In this document: positions 1 to 12,759 of the stretch, in pieces
Layout: the number at the start of each line of letters is the position of its first letter
Numbering within the stretch: position 1 is the stretch's first letter
Origin: Chlorokybus atmophyticus
Lineage: Eukaryota; Plantae; Mesostigma and Chlorokybus algae
Direction of reading: 5' to 3'
Length of the DNA: 64,000 nt
Assembly: GCA_009103225.1 (NCBI GenBank)
Contig: RHPI01000446.1
Location: forward strand, 62,001 to 126,000
Made by a program: the position numbers and the translations under genes
The notes under the pieces: model-generated
Seen by the model: the letters and a program-made list of their open reading frames with translations, nothing else
What the model was told of the DNA's origin: nothing
Databases searched by the model: none

Positions 1-450
1 CTTAGTGTGCATCACGGATTGCAGCGCGCGTCACGCTTTCTATATACCGTATATAAACCATCACGTATATAATATACGTGATGGTTGAACTGTACCTGGA
101 GTGTGCAGGACAGGCTGACATGATGTCAGTGTCATCAGTGATGGGCCATCATGGACCATCACCTTTAACGCAATACCGCCGGCATCCCTAACCCTAATGT
201 TTTTGTTGTTGTAGTTTGCAAGGTTGTTGGCGGGGAGCTTGCTGTGGTCGGCGGCGAGGTTGTCGTGGTCGGCGGCGAAAGCGTTTTTAAAGTTAGAAGG
301 TTGTGGGCGGCGTGGGCGGCGGCGAGGTTATTGAGGTCGGCGGCGACGGCGGCAGCAGCAATCCTGGGTTGCCACAGAGCTACTTAGGCATATATGTGCA
401 AGCCTGCATGCATGCACGTTTGTGCGCGCGCGTGTGTATGTGTATTGGTG

Positions 451-725
451 GGTCGCTGAGGCAGGCTTGTAAGCCCTCAATGACCTGCCTTGTGGTTGTA
501 ACTTATGGGAATGTGTGCTGGTGATTCACTGGGGCGGCATGTAAGCCCTTAATGTCCTGCCTTGTGGTTTTGTTCTTGCGAATGTGTTGGTGAGTCGCTG
601 AAGCAGGCTTGTAAGCCCTCAATGACCTGCCTTGTGGTTTTTGCTTCTGGGAATGTGTGTTGGTGATTCACTGGGGCGGCATGTAAGACCTCAGTGTCCT
701 GCCTTGTGGTTTTATTTCTTGAATG
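451..725. repeat. Minisatellite, about 4 units of 70-72 bp in an alternating A/B (142-bp dimer) pattern
   Basis: The core TGTAAG(C/A)CCT...CCTGCCTTGTGGTT recurs at 468, 540, 610 and 682. Degenerate copies lie at about 1060-1175. Confidence 0.85.
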
Positions 726-2589
726 TGTGTGTGTAGCAAGAGGCCGTGGCCTGCTCTGTCACTCCGCTGTTGAACTCTTTATCTAAACAAGCTGACTACT
801 GTTTGTGTCGTACAGGAGAACATGAGAGCCAAAGCCTACCATTGCAAGAATGGCAACGCTTTGGGGGCAACTTTCCTTGGCTTGGTAGGTTGAACACGAG
901 GTCAGTTTGTGGACGCAATCGCTTTGGCATTCCATCACAGCATTTGTGCAAATCTGCCAATGCATGCCACTTGTTGTTGCAGGACAGCGCTGCCATCAAC
1001 GATGCCTCAATCCAATGCGACGCCGACCAGACAGATATGTGCCAGTCACATGAATGTGCGTGTGTATGAGTTGGTGAGGCACTGGGGCGACATGCAAGTC
1101 CTCAGTGTTCTGTGTGTGCTTTGTGTGTGAGTTGGTGAGCTGCTGGGGCAGTTGATTGCAAGCCCTCAGCGTCCTCCCTTGTGTGTGTGCGCGCGCGTGT
1201 ATGTTCTCCAAAACTTTGTGGACTGTTCCATTACACCGCAGCTTGACCACAGGATAAGTTCGTAGCAGCAGTCCGTTGTGTGGGTTTGCCAAAGTTAGCT
1301 GCATGCAAAATTATTTTGTGTTCCAACAGTTTGAAGAGCGCAAGCCGCTTTGCCTTGCAGGCTGTGCTATGGCCATGAGGCAATTTATACAGGGCTCTGA
1401 AAGGCATCCTTCCACACGGCCTGTAGTTTATGCTTGAATGCAGCAGCAGTAGATATGTAGTTGTATAGATGTGTAGTTGTTGTTGTGTAGTTATGTTTGT
1501 AGTATTTAAAGTTGTTAATGTGAATACGGTTGTGGCGGTTGCCTCTAAGCTGCCAATAATTCTACCATGTGGCCTTTGCGGTTGTTGTTTTTTATAATTA
1601 CCTTTTTATATAATTACCTTTGTACTATTGCACACGATTCGACGTTATCAGCAAAGGCAATTGCACAAGCAACTGCAACATGCACATTTGTAGAAGTAGC
1701 AGCAGCTGAAAGGCAACCAGAGTTTAAATGCCAAACAACGCTCGTGTAGCACAACGTTCATCAATGATCGCTAGGAGGGTCGCGCGAGTAGGGAAAACAC
1801 CATTGCATACCGGTGCCAGGCGCTGCAGAAGGTGCAGGGACTCTGGAGCCAGTGCCTACATTAAAACGTGCAGCAGTGTTGTTGTCGCACTCGATTACGA
1901 GGGGCACGGCAGCGGCGCCGTAGGTGCCCGCATCAATGACAGTGCGGGTAGGAAGAGGCGCATGAGAAGGCGACGGAGTAGGCTCGTGCACGGAGATCGC
2001 CACATATACTGCTGTGTGCACAGATGCTGCAATTGCAATATAGGTGCGCCATGAACACTTTCACGAGTAAAGAGCTCCCATTTGCGGAATTGCACCTGAA
2101 ACAAGTGTGTAGATGAATACGCATATGTATAGGCTTTCCAATCACAGCAGGAGAGATACGCACAATGTATAGGCAAACTCAACCCAAGTTGCGCACACGG
2201 CATGGGCATGTATACATAAACATAGAATTAATTTTGGCGATTAAAGCAACTTGCGGCCGGAGCAAGCGACGCGACTGGGGTCCGACCAACAGCTGACGTG
2301 GATTTACCAAACAATCACTGGAAGTTACTGATTGCAAGGAACTTCTCGCACCAGGAATTGCACAGGTTTCCGCATAGCAAATACGCACCTGCGTACTTGT
2401 TGATTTTGTTTGTTGGCGGCGGCGGCGCTGTGGCGAGGTAAGCGGGCGTTGTCAGCTGTCTTGTCACACTGCTCGGCTACTAGTTGCATGCTGGCGGTTC
2501 GCTGCAACCAGCAAGTACAGCGTGTGTTGTGCTGCTAGCATGCACTACAATTTGCCTGCTAGCTTAGCTTAACTATCGCGTTTTCAGCT

Positions 2590-5130
2590 GCCAAGAAGCT
2601 GAAGGAGCTTCTACTCTGCAAGGTACACAGTGGTTTGGAAGCTGGATGCCTGTTTCGCAAGTTCACAACCATTAATTTGTGCATGTACATGCCATTTGCC
2701 TCCTAGCCTGCTGCAAAGCTTACCTATCTTGTGTTTAGCTGGCAAGGAGCTGAGAGACACTTGTTTGGCAAAGTACACAGTGGTTTGCTTGCTGTGACCT
2801 TGTTGACAATGTAAGAAGCATGTCCACATGGCTCAGCAGGTTTAGTGAGCTGAGTAAGGTGAGGCTTGTGGTGGAATAGGCTTGTGCACAAGTCAAACAT
2901 TCATGTAATGCACAGGTGCAGTCGTCATGTCAGGCCGAACGTCTAGTGGGCAATCCAGCAAGTTCAGCGAACAGTGAGAAAACTTGGACATTGAGATATG
3001 GGGCAAAAATGCCGGTGAACTATCTGAGGAACAGCTTCAGCAAGAGTGGGAAAGCTGTGAGGAGACTGCGCACCTGCGCGATATGGAGCCCTCAGCAATG
3101 GTGTTCTCAGGAGTGAGCAATTTTATATATGCAACCTCCTGCTGCTGCAACTTGTTTCAAGTGCGCTGTGCTTTGCACAATCAACGACGCTGACATTGTA
3201 TTAGCGCAACACGCTGTGGCATACGCGCTGCTAGTGCTGTGCAGGGTGTGAAGATGCTGCATTTGCGAGGAAAGAATCACTTAAAGGTTCGCCGCAACAT
3301 CACTAAGTTGCAAGACAAGAACAGGGTGTGCTTCGGGTACTGTGGTCTGAAACGGAGGAAGACCCAAAGGGAGCAGCTTCCATTTAGGTATGCTCTTGCA
3401 GTGGAATGCTGGCTTCTGCTTCATCCCGATCTCAACTACGAGAGGTTGTTATTGGAAAGCACTTCCACCATGACATCAAATGTCGTGCAATTGTATGAGC
3501 TTGGAAGGGTTTCTATCACATTGTGTTTTAGCCACAACCAGATGCTTCCTGCGTAGGCACACGGCAAGATCCAGGAGCATTTGATCAACTCGAAGGCATA
3601 CGGCATACCCGAGAAGAAAGAGAAGCAGAAAGCAAAGACTCGCAACATTACAGGGAGATGATGGAGAAGGCTTTAGCAGGGGGATATGAGCCAAAGCGCA
3701 AGGGACCGCCCAGCGACAAGAACAACAAAAGGTGTGTCATGTAGTGACTGAGGTGTTTGTGCAATGTAGCTGTCTTGAGTGCCTTTGACACGTGCTTGAT
3801 AGCAGGCCAACAAGAAGAAGCCCAAGAAGTAAAAAGAAATGGATTTTGCCAGCGATGACGAGATTGCCACCTCACAGGGTGAGCTACGGTGTGCACAAAG
3901 TTGCCATTATAAATGGTTGTGTTGAGAACAACGCTTTGTGTTTGGTGGTGCCATATGCAGGTTGTGAGGTGTGTATGATGACCCCTTGTAATTGCACGGC
4001 GCCCACGCGTTCACATCCCGCCAGCGACGCCAGCGACGACCGAAATGGAACATCGCAGCGTGAGCATGTCTTGGGCCCGCAGGCAAGAGCACTGTATGTA
4101 TATGAACACTTTTGTAATCGGTGCCTTGGGTATGCGATAGGTAACAAGAGAGGCGCTGCACCACAACCCACAAGTTCGCAGGTCAGATGCCTCTCATCAT
4201 TATGTGAGGAGCCCAATGCTTATACTGTCCTGTACATGTGTTCATGACCATTGTGTTCAGGCACCTGCCAAGCAGGGTGCTGATGTGCATAACACCATCT
4301 CCGCTCTCAAGTTATGTTACACAGAGGTGATCAAGTATAAGGTTAAAAGTTTCGACACAAGAACGCAACTTGACAATGAACTTGGCTGCTACTATGACAT
4401 TGCGGCCATGCCTGAAGTTGTAGCTGACTTCATGCTGTTGGCAGGAGCCTGGGGTGAGTAGCCTCAAGAAGACAGCAAACAAGATTGCTCGCTTCATTCC
4501 GGCTCCCAACAAGTCCAAGGAGGTAGGCCCATCAACTGCACAGGAGAACATCTTAAAGAAGTAGCATGATCAAGGCAAGCAAAAGGAGGTAATATAGCAT
4601 TATCGTATGCGATCTCATGCTTGTCATCTTGCTCAAGCCACACGCTGCTGCGCGCATGCCTGCCTAGTGATGCTACACTGGAACAAGTGTTATGAAACTG
4701 CGTGGCAGGTTGAGCCATCATATTCGGAGATGTCCGAGCAAGGCTCTGCGTGTGTCAATGGCAGTGATGACAGCAATAACGACGACGAATCCCAAAAAGT
4801 ATGTTTTGCTGGGGACGTGCACGTGCGTGTACGAGAGCGTGCGTGTGTGTGAGTGTGCCAAGATGTGTGAACACAATGTCATTTGCATGCCACAAGTGCG
4901 GTCCACACAGGATGACCTGAGCGACAAGGATGACACTGCGCCAGGGATGAGCCAAGGCAGTGAAGTGAAGCTGTACATTGATGGTTACGAAGATCCAGTC
5001 GGGGAGGCGCACGCGAGCGATGTCAACCCTGAAAGCAAGTTCAGTGGCAAGAAGATTGGGGAGGACAATGTGGTGGTCTAGTATGCACGCAGTCTTGCTA
5101 AGGCGAGGACTAGACGTCCCCGAGCAGGGG
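2590..5130 (+). pseudogene. Degenerate multi-exon gene remnant, possibly a CACTA/En-Spm-associated protein
   Basis: Several AG/GT-bounded exon-like blocks contain in-frame stops (e.g. SKFSEQ*ENLDIEIWG, KKKPKK*KEMDF). The last block, VKLYIDGYEDPVGEAHASDVNPESKFSGKKIGEDNVVV*, resembles by eye the Tnp1/En/Spm-type (DUF8039/Transposase_23-like) domain. No database check was possible. Confidence 0.3.
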
Positions 5131-5551
5131 AAGAAGAGGTTGTGCCCCTTTGCCCATCTCCTTCAAGCGCAGTGGGGTTGGAGTGGAGGTGACCCACTTG
5201 AAAGGTGACCGTAAATGTGTTGGTTTGCGTGTGCTTGCTTGACGACGTCAAAATTGTTCCGGTGGCAGGAATGGTGACTGTGTGGTTGATGCGTAAAATG
5301 CGAGCCAGGGTTGTTGCTGCTCTAGCCTGCTAGGTTGATGAAGGCTATTAAGATGAGGGAGCAGCCAGCGAAGTAAGGCACCACGCGCGGGAGGGGCCGT
5401 GGGAACCGAAGCAGGGGGGGTGGGAAGGGCAGCCGGGGCGGTCGTGGGCGAAGCAGGAATTAGTCATCAGCACAGGCTAGGATAGGAGGTTCGGTTGCTG
5501 CTATTGTGGTTGCTGCGGTGCATTGGGTAGCATACATACCTAGAAACAGTA

Positions 5552-5642
5552 CTGAATGCGATTTGGGGCCACCTCACATTCAGCTGACCTTATTAGAAAC
5601 ATTCACGGGCTCTAGGAGTGAATGCTCTGCAGAGTGAGGACT
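5552..5642 (+). repeat. 91-bp dispersed direct repeat, copy 1
   Basis: Identical to 11522-11612. Confidence 0.9.
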
Positions 5643-6193
5643 ACACAATCAACAGCAATGTGGTAATGTGATGAATATTAAACGCAGCAGGTGATCTTCC
5701 CCCATGTCTTGCTGCGTTCAGACAGAGAGTAGCACGTAAACTTTCACATCATTTCAAAGTAAATACTGGTAATAGCAATTGGTCACCACCAGGTGATCAT
5801 TCACCCCTGCAGCCTGTGAATGTTAACACTGTTATGCATGGACATTGATATAGTCACAGCAACCCACAATCAGACAGATAAACTGCATGTTTACCTCTGG
5901 AATGTGTAAACATTCGCACAGAATTAGGACTTAGTGTGTATGCTGCCTTCTAATCATTCACCGCCGGACATGATGAATATTCACATACAAATAGAAACTG
6001 AATACATTCACCGCCGAATTCAATGAATGTTGAATAGCACACTTCATTGCTAAAGAACGTAAATGTTCTGGTGATTGAGCAGAGTCATGAGCAGCCCTGT
6101 GAGTTTGATTGCAATGAAGACTCACCAGCAAAAGACATAAACATTCACATACAAACAAGGTGAATGTTCAGAATTTTGGGGGTCCCAAAATTA

Positions 6194-7075
6194 GGCGTGT
6201 AGCAAGATCCGGGGGGACACTTTTTGCAAATGGCTTCGGCGCTTCAAAGTTATAAAAACGGGCCTAGGATAGGCTGAAAACAGCTATTATTGCAATTAGC
6301 AAAAGATTTTATCTCGAATGCACATCAAACTTATCATAAATACTGAGTTAATTCCTACATGAAGACATGATGATATTTACACTACTTGCAACTTTTCAAG
6401 ATACATGAAGTGACATCCACGGCAGCACATTATACACGGAAAACATGATTTCACATCCACTACAACAACTTGCATTACCTGATAAACAATCCACACTTAG
6501 CCAAACAAATGTACAACCCTAGCTAATTTACTTCACAACACCTTAAGGATGGCCTCATGCAGCTCTTCCCGTATGCGAAACAACGACTCCCTTATACATT
6601 TCCATGTCTTCAGCCTGAACTTACGGCGGGTAAGTCGTTCACTCTTGGACTCCCGCTCCAACGATAATCTTGTACAGTAGGAAATATAGTTGGCTTGTGT
6701 GTGACGCTGTGTATGCTGTGTCGGATGCCCTTGTGTGTATAGAACTTACTCCTACGTAAAAAGATCTTTAAAGGTGTTGGGGCGTGCTTCTTATGCATGA
6801 CAAGCACATTGCCATAGCTTAGCAAGTTCAAGATGCTCTGACTTTGCCTTAAACTAGTTGAGAAATAACACGCTCAGATGTGTTGCTTGAGTCATCAATG
6901 TCGTATCATATCGTGCATAAACGCAAACTCTACCTCAACTGCAAGTAGCTTGCACATAGTGTCAACTGATATAGTATATCTTGAAAATGACAAATTGCAG
7001 TTGATTGCAGTTGATGACATTAAAAGTTAGCATAACGTTGCACCAGAAGTGTCCCCCCGGATCTTGCTACACGCC
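6194..7075. mobile_element. Non-autonomous TIR DNA transposon, 882 bp, possibly PIF/Harbinger-like
   Basis: Perfect 29-bp terminal inverted repeats GGCGTGTAGCAAGATCCGGGGGGACACTT at 6194-6222 and 7047-7075 (reverse complement). TTA lies at 6191-6193 and 7077-7079 as a candidate TSD, with one extra A at 7076. No intact transposase inside. Confidence 0.75.
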
Positions 7076-9328
7076 ATTACCTATGTCTCATGATAGCAAC
7101 TTTTACTACCATGACCGAAATGGTTGTTACACCATTCCTTCAACAGCACATGTTTGTGTCTTGTTTGTATACATCTTTATAAGCAATACCTTGCAAGTGT
7201 TTACATCTAAAAGATTTGATCGACGTGCGCTATGCACAGAGACGTCTCTTCGAGCAACATTAAGGGTGAAACTAATGGTACATTGAAATCCGAGGTTGCG
7301 CACAAACTTGCATGTTGATAGCAGAATAAAAGCGCAAGCAGGGCCGTAATTGCGGCATGCGAGCATGCACCATTAAATAATAATCAATGCAAGCATCTTC
7401 AAGCATGCATTATTCACATATATTGCATGCGTTAAAGCTGCGTGTGCATATCACACTTTAAGTAGCTACTCATCAACAGATACTACTTATTGTCACATCT
7501 TTGTGCTCAGCCTAAACACTTTCCCTACTCATTAATGCACCGTGCATTGAATGCATGTGTGTGCATGCCGCGTAGTTGATCAAATGGGCATAACTCTTGT
7601 CCGTGACCGCCCCAAAAATGCCCCTGCCTTAAGCTCACGGCCATTCTGCACCGCGCGTCACCAGCAATACACAACCAGGTGACGCGTGATGCGCAATGGC
7701 ATTGATCTCGGGCAGGGGCATGCTTTTTGGCAGTGAAGTAGTAGCAGCAATTGTGTGAACTCTAACTGCGCGCATGATGTCACGCGTGCATCCTGAGTGT
7801 TGCAATGCGCGCATGCATATTGCCATGGACGCGCATGCTGCCCAAGGTCCTTGGCAACGCTCTCCAGTGCTTGCATTTGACAGCAAAAGCTATTCATGTA
7901 CAAGTAAGGCTCGCTTCAAACACTCAGTGATAATAATGCCATCGACTCACGTGGATACCGCCTGCCGATGTTCAAACTGAGAAGGCGTACACATTGTTGG
8001 GACCCTCAAAGATGCAGCCCTCAAACATGTCAGTTTTATTTATATTCTTGTATGCAATCAGAGTGATGTTACATTATGCTACATATAGCATACACATTTA
8101 CATATATATACATGTGTGAACACATAAGTGTGTGCGTACGCACTTTTTTCTTGTCGTTTTGTTATTGCCTAATGTAGACTGCATATTAACGTCGGCGACT
8201 CAATGAGGATGACGTTACCGTAACTACATTGGGGTAGCGTGAATATCCATATGATATGTTTGCACTCACACGGATCGTCGATCAAATACAGCGTAAACAC
8301 CATGGCCATTGATATAAACACAACATGCATGTGTGCTGTTAACATCATCAATACATAAATCGCATACCGTATATTGTGGTTAATGCTATTTAAACAATTA
8401 TAAAGTAGTATGACTTTGCCAATGCTAATGTAATTGTACATGTCATTGCATATAAAACACATATTACATAAACTTGGCATTGCTGAGTACTTACATCATA
8501 TGTGAAATTGTTATCAAGTTGATGCGCACATGCTTGTGCAATGCATATTAGCTTGATGCGCACATGCGGAATGTGCATGTGTGCGCATGCGGGTGGGCGC
8601 ACGCACATGCGTGTGCTCTATTCCATGTGTGTGTGTGTTGTGTTACCAATATATGAAGTCTACGTTTATCACATTGCTTTGTCACTGTAGCATGCCAGTT
8701 GCCAAGCACACGGTACCACGTTGAGCAAGTACTATTTATGCCCAAGCTATCTGCCATTAATATCATAATTGCGCGCAAGTCGAGTGTTTCCACATTGATG
8801 CGTCATTACTACAAAAACATTGGCCTGGAAGTTGAAATCAAAACAACTACAATTGTGCAGCTGCGGATGTGCCTCATGATAATAAATGTGGCAGCGATGT
8901 CTACAACATTTATGCCTTGCTTAATATACACATGGTAAAGTATCTTTGCAACGTCATTGCCACTGCAATTGTGATTGCCATTCTGATTATATATCACATA
9001 CATCACAATGATGGATAGCGTGTTTGTAGGGTGACAAGCACAAAAACTCGTCTGCTAATGATGTTTGATGCTGTTTGTCAGCACGATGTTGTGAACAAAA
9101 GTGGGCGTAGACACAGCAACCCTACACGGCAACCCTTCACGACCTCTAAGGACTTGCCGCTCCGCTTGAATGTGGAGACACGAAAGGCATCAATTGACAT
9201 CTAGCAAACACCTCCTCCCGTTCCACAGCAAGGTACAAACACACACCGTGCCAATGCTTGTGATCTGTGCACACACCTAGCGGCGGAGCAAAGACCAGCG
9301 ACGGCAGCCTGATGGTTGCTGCCGTTGG

Positions 9329-10787
9329 TCAGCTACATGCCTCTGAGCCATCAAAGGTCTTCCACGACACGCACGGCTTCTTCCGCTCTGGCTTACAATC
9401 TCCCAACACAAATGCTTCCACCACATTTGTCACAACAGCACCCGGTTGGTTGACAAGCCTTCCCCCCGCAACGAGTATCATCCGGCCCGTGGCTGATTGA
9501 ATGAACGTCACGGCTGCGTTGGTTCGCGGCGTGGGCATTGATGGTAAAGTTTCTTCTTCATCTGCGCGGGGGCCTTTATTGGTGTCGTGTGAGGTTTGTC
9601 TTTGCCATGTGGATGTTTGGGTGAAGAAGTAGGTGTACTCCCCAACTTGTGCATACCGTGGAAGTCGGGGATGTTTGTGTGTGGTGGCGAGGTTTGGAGG
9701 AAGCCACAGGGATTTGGGGTTGCGGGGTGCGAGGGTGTCAATGCACTCAACATTGCGCGTGCAGTTGGAAGTATAGGGACTTAACACGCAGATCCGCCCA
9801 CCCGACACAACATACCTGTCAAGGCGACTGGTTGTGATGAGTGCACAGGCAAGAAGCTGCACGCTTAACCACAACATAGCCACAACTATGACCACACACG
9901 CAAACATCCACCCACTCACGCTGCGTGGCCGGCGCATGCACACGTCGTGTTGGCTCCCGTTTTCTACTGCAAATCCCCAGTATCGTCCGCCTGCAGTATC
10001 TGAAACGTTTTTGTGTGTGTTGCACCATCTATGGCCGCCACTCCTCCTGTCAACACGGATACATGCTCGTTCCCACTCTCAGCGAGGCCGAAGCGGGTGC
10101 CAACACTTGCATTGGCGTGGGAGGCAACAACACGTTGTGGCTCGTGGCCCAGTTGAGCCGCACATGCATACATAGGTGATGATGTCGGCAAGTGGCAGTG
10201 TGTGCTCACCCACACGTGTGCTCGGGTGCATATCACAATTGCACACAGACGCGTAGTACACGCACACACCATGTGACAGGCACGCATGTGCATGCATGCA
10301 TGCGTGCGCCGTTGGATGCACGCATGCTCGACGACCTGCAGGCATCCTCGCTAACAGATCACGTGTGCATACACCCACACGAAACACCCCATCCCAACTC
10401 ACTTCCCATCTCCAACCATTGGAGGATGAGATACAATGTGACACTGTATCTCATCTCCCCATCCCACCCTACCTTTTCTATAGCTGGAACCCAAGCGGTG
10501 TGCGTGCGGGTGTATTGCCACATGTGCAGGTGACACTTCTTCTTCTCCTCGTTCCTCCAGTGCCATGAGGCTAGTCCAATGCGAGCGGCGTGGTGCTCGT
10601 CGTGTGTGTGTGGTGTGAGAGGTAGAGTTAGTTGGTGGCTTGACTCACTGTGTGAGTGTGGGACTTGTTGCTTTGCGTGGGTGGAGGTTAGCAGCAGCAA
10701 CATCATTGGGAGGAAGGAAAGGCAAAGCAACAAGCGGCTGCTGGAGTGGGAGCTAATTGAGGTGGTTGGGGTGGTCATGGCGGCCAC
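9329..10787 (-). pseudogene. Internally deleted pseudogene copy of the subtilase-Kelch gene (signal-peptide exon, part of exon 2 and the Kelch exons)
   Basis: Aligns to 25458-25140 and 20100-19300. It has a 1-nt deletion near 10060 and TGG->TAG at 9964-9966; the protease, TSP3 and linker exons are absent. Confidence 0.8.
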
Positions 10788-11521
10788 CGCCAGGAGTACC
10801 TACAACATAGATGGCGGCGATGCGTCTTGCAGCTGCGCTGTTGCAAAGGCAACATCACAAACAACACATAAGTGTTACCCGCAATTGACACGCTGCAATG
10901 CTGGTCAGGGAATGCGTGCGCTACGTACACAATGTGACATGCGTACAACGAACCATGACACGCACACACACACGCACACACACACGCACACACACACGCA
11001 CACACACACACACACACACACAGAGCAAGAGGCCAAGGCCGCCTGCATATGTTGCACCCAACGCCGCCGCCGCCGCTTACCCGGGTGGCTTCTTTTCACC
11101 ACAACTCAACTGTAGTTGTGGGCTTCAAGTAGGACACAATCAAAGAGACACATGTACATCCAACCGCCCAACCCAGCATCACTCTCTATTACTTGTCACA
11201 CATTGTCAACCACATGTCTCAACCGGGCTTTGACGTAGCGTCCAAAGACGAAACACCTCCGGACTACACCAACACACTCATGCACACACAATGATGCATG
11301 CGCTTCTCCTCCTCCTCTCACACACACACACACACACTCAGACGGTATACATACAGAGCTACACTGAAACCAACGGCGAAGTCAAATCAGGTGCCTGTCA
11401 CGCCATCCATACTTTGGTTGGTTCCTCTACCACGACACGCTGAACCTTGTACCTTGTGCACCTCATCAAGGCAAGGACATGTTGGTACACAGGTGTGAGC
11501 TGTGCGGCGTCTGACGGGGGG

Positions 11522-11612
11522 CTGAATGCGATTTGGGGCCACCTCACATTCAGCTGACCTTATTAGAAACATTCACGGGCTCTAGGAGTGAATGCTCTGC
11601 AGAGTGAGGACT
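11522..11612 (+). repeat. 91-bp dispersed direct repeat, copy 2, ending at an N
   Basis: Identical to 5552-5642 and followed immediately by n at 11613. Confidence 0.85.
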
Positions 11613-11984
11613 NCTGATGTACAAGCATGCGTCCATGGGATCATACCATGTCAATCAGTGCTTGCGGTAGGCATGCTACACAATATGCAAGTTGAGGCGT
11701 GCATAAAGTTATATGCTACGCTTAGCTAGTACATGCACACATACATGCTGGCGTACAGATATGTGCACAAAGCATACGCGTACATTCACATGCGTATGTG
11801 TGTAGACAGAGAATATATGTATATATATATATGTGTGTATGCACCATGAAATACTGCCGACAATATATAATGGGGATCCAAACAATGGCAGCAAGCACCC
11901 TAAGGTTTCTTGCTGCCATTGTTTGGCTGCTACACTTGAGCGTGCTTTGTGCAGCTTGTATGTGAGTGAAAATTGCCCGCCCCA

Positions 11985-12072
11985 GGGGGGGGGGGGGGGG
12001 GGGGGGGGNNNNNNNNNNNNNNNNNNNNNNNNNNNNNNNNNNNNNNNNNNNNNNNNNNNNNNNNNNNNNNNN
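11985..12072. other. Poly-G tract followed by an assembly gap
   Basis: G run at 11985-12008, N run at 12009-12072. Confidence 0.95.
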
Positions 12073-12759
12073 GGAGGGGGCATGTGTGCAACATATATGA
12101 TGTTTCAACGTTTATGCGGACCTTGTACGTTGAGCTGTCATAATGTAATAAACTATCAATTTCAACATGACAGATCATAGTATTAGCGACTAGTGCGTAT
12201 TCCTCAAGCATACGCACTATTGACAATCATGTATACGTAGCTTTCACTTTGCACTTGATAAGGGGCATACATGCACACAACTCTTCAAACCGAATACTTC
12301 TCTTATCTCTTCTTCTCTCTCTATATCTCATTATCTCTAATATGACAATGTATGCCGGATGTTAATTGCATGTACAAAATGGCGCAAATTGAATATCTGC
12401 CCAAAACATCTACTTTGCAGAATAGTGCTTATTAAAAATCGAGTACAACTTTTCTGCATCCGCATAATACTACATTCGTAATTGACCATATGATATGTTC
12501 TTCAATGCGACACATGAGTCTTCTTGCTCAATTACAAGGCCTATGCAATACGTGGACTCAATGTTTGTGTAGTCGATGCCCAGCTCACTCATGTATCAAT
12601 GCCTCTTAGAAGCAGAGATGGGTATGAGCAATGCGCCCTCATAACTCATGCCACCATGCCCTGCGCAGGACATGGTGCATGCACGAGCTACGGTACACGC
12701 ACTTTCATGGCCAAGCAAACCATGGCAGAATGTGCATGCATGCATGTATACATTACATA

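Noticed and set aside
186-197. CCCTAACCCTAA telomere-like doublet (also TAGGGTTAGGG near 45023)
   Set aside because: Only two units, expected by chance and not an array.
451-725. CRISPR-like repeat-spacer array
   Set aside because: The intervening segments are themselves homologous, the context is eukaryotic and there are no cas genes. It is a minisatellite.
780-1050. hAT-type zinc-finger fragment (EWQRFGGNFPWLG)
   Set aside because: A single short motif with no supporting transposase sequence.
6540-6850. Fanzor/TnpB-like remnant inside the TIR element
   Set aside because: Only a vague Arg/Lys-rich resemblance, with multiple stops and no RuvC catalytic motifs or Zn finger visible.
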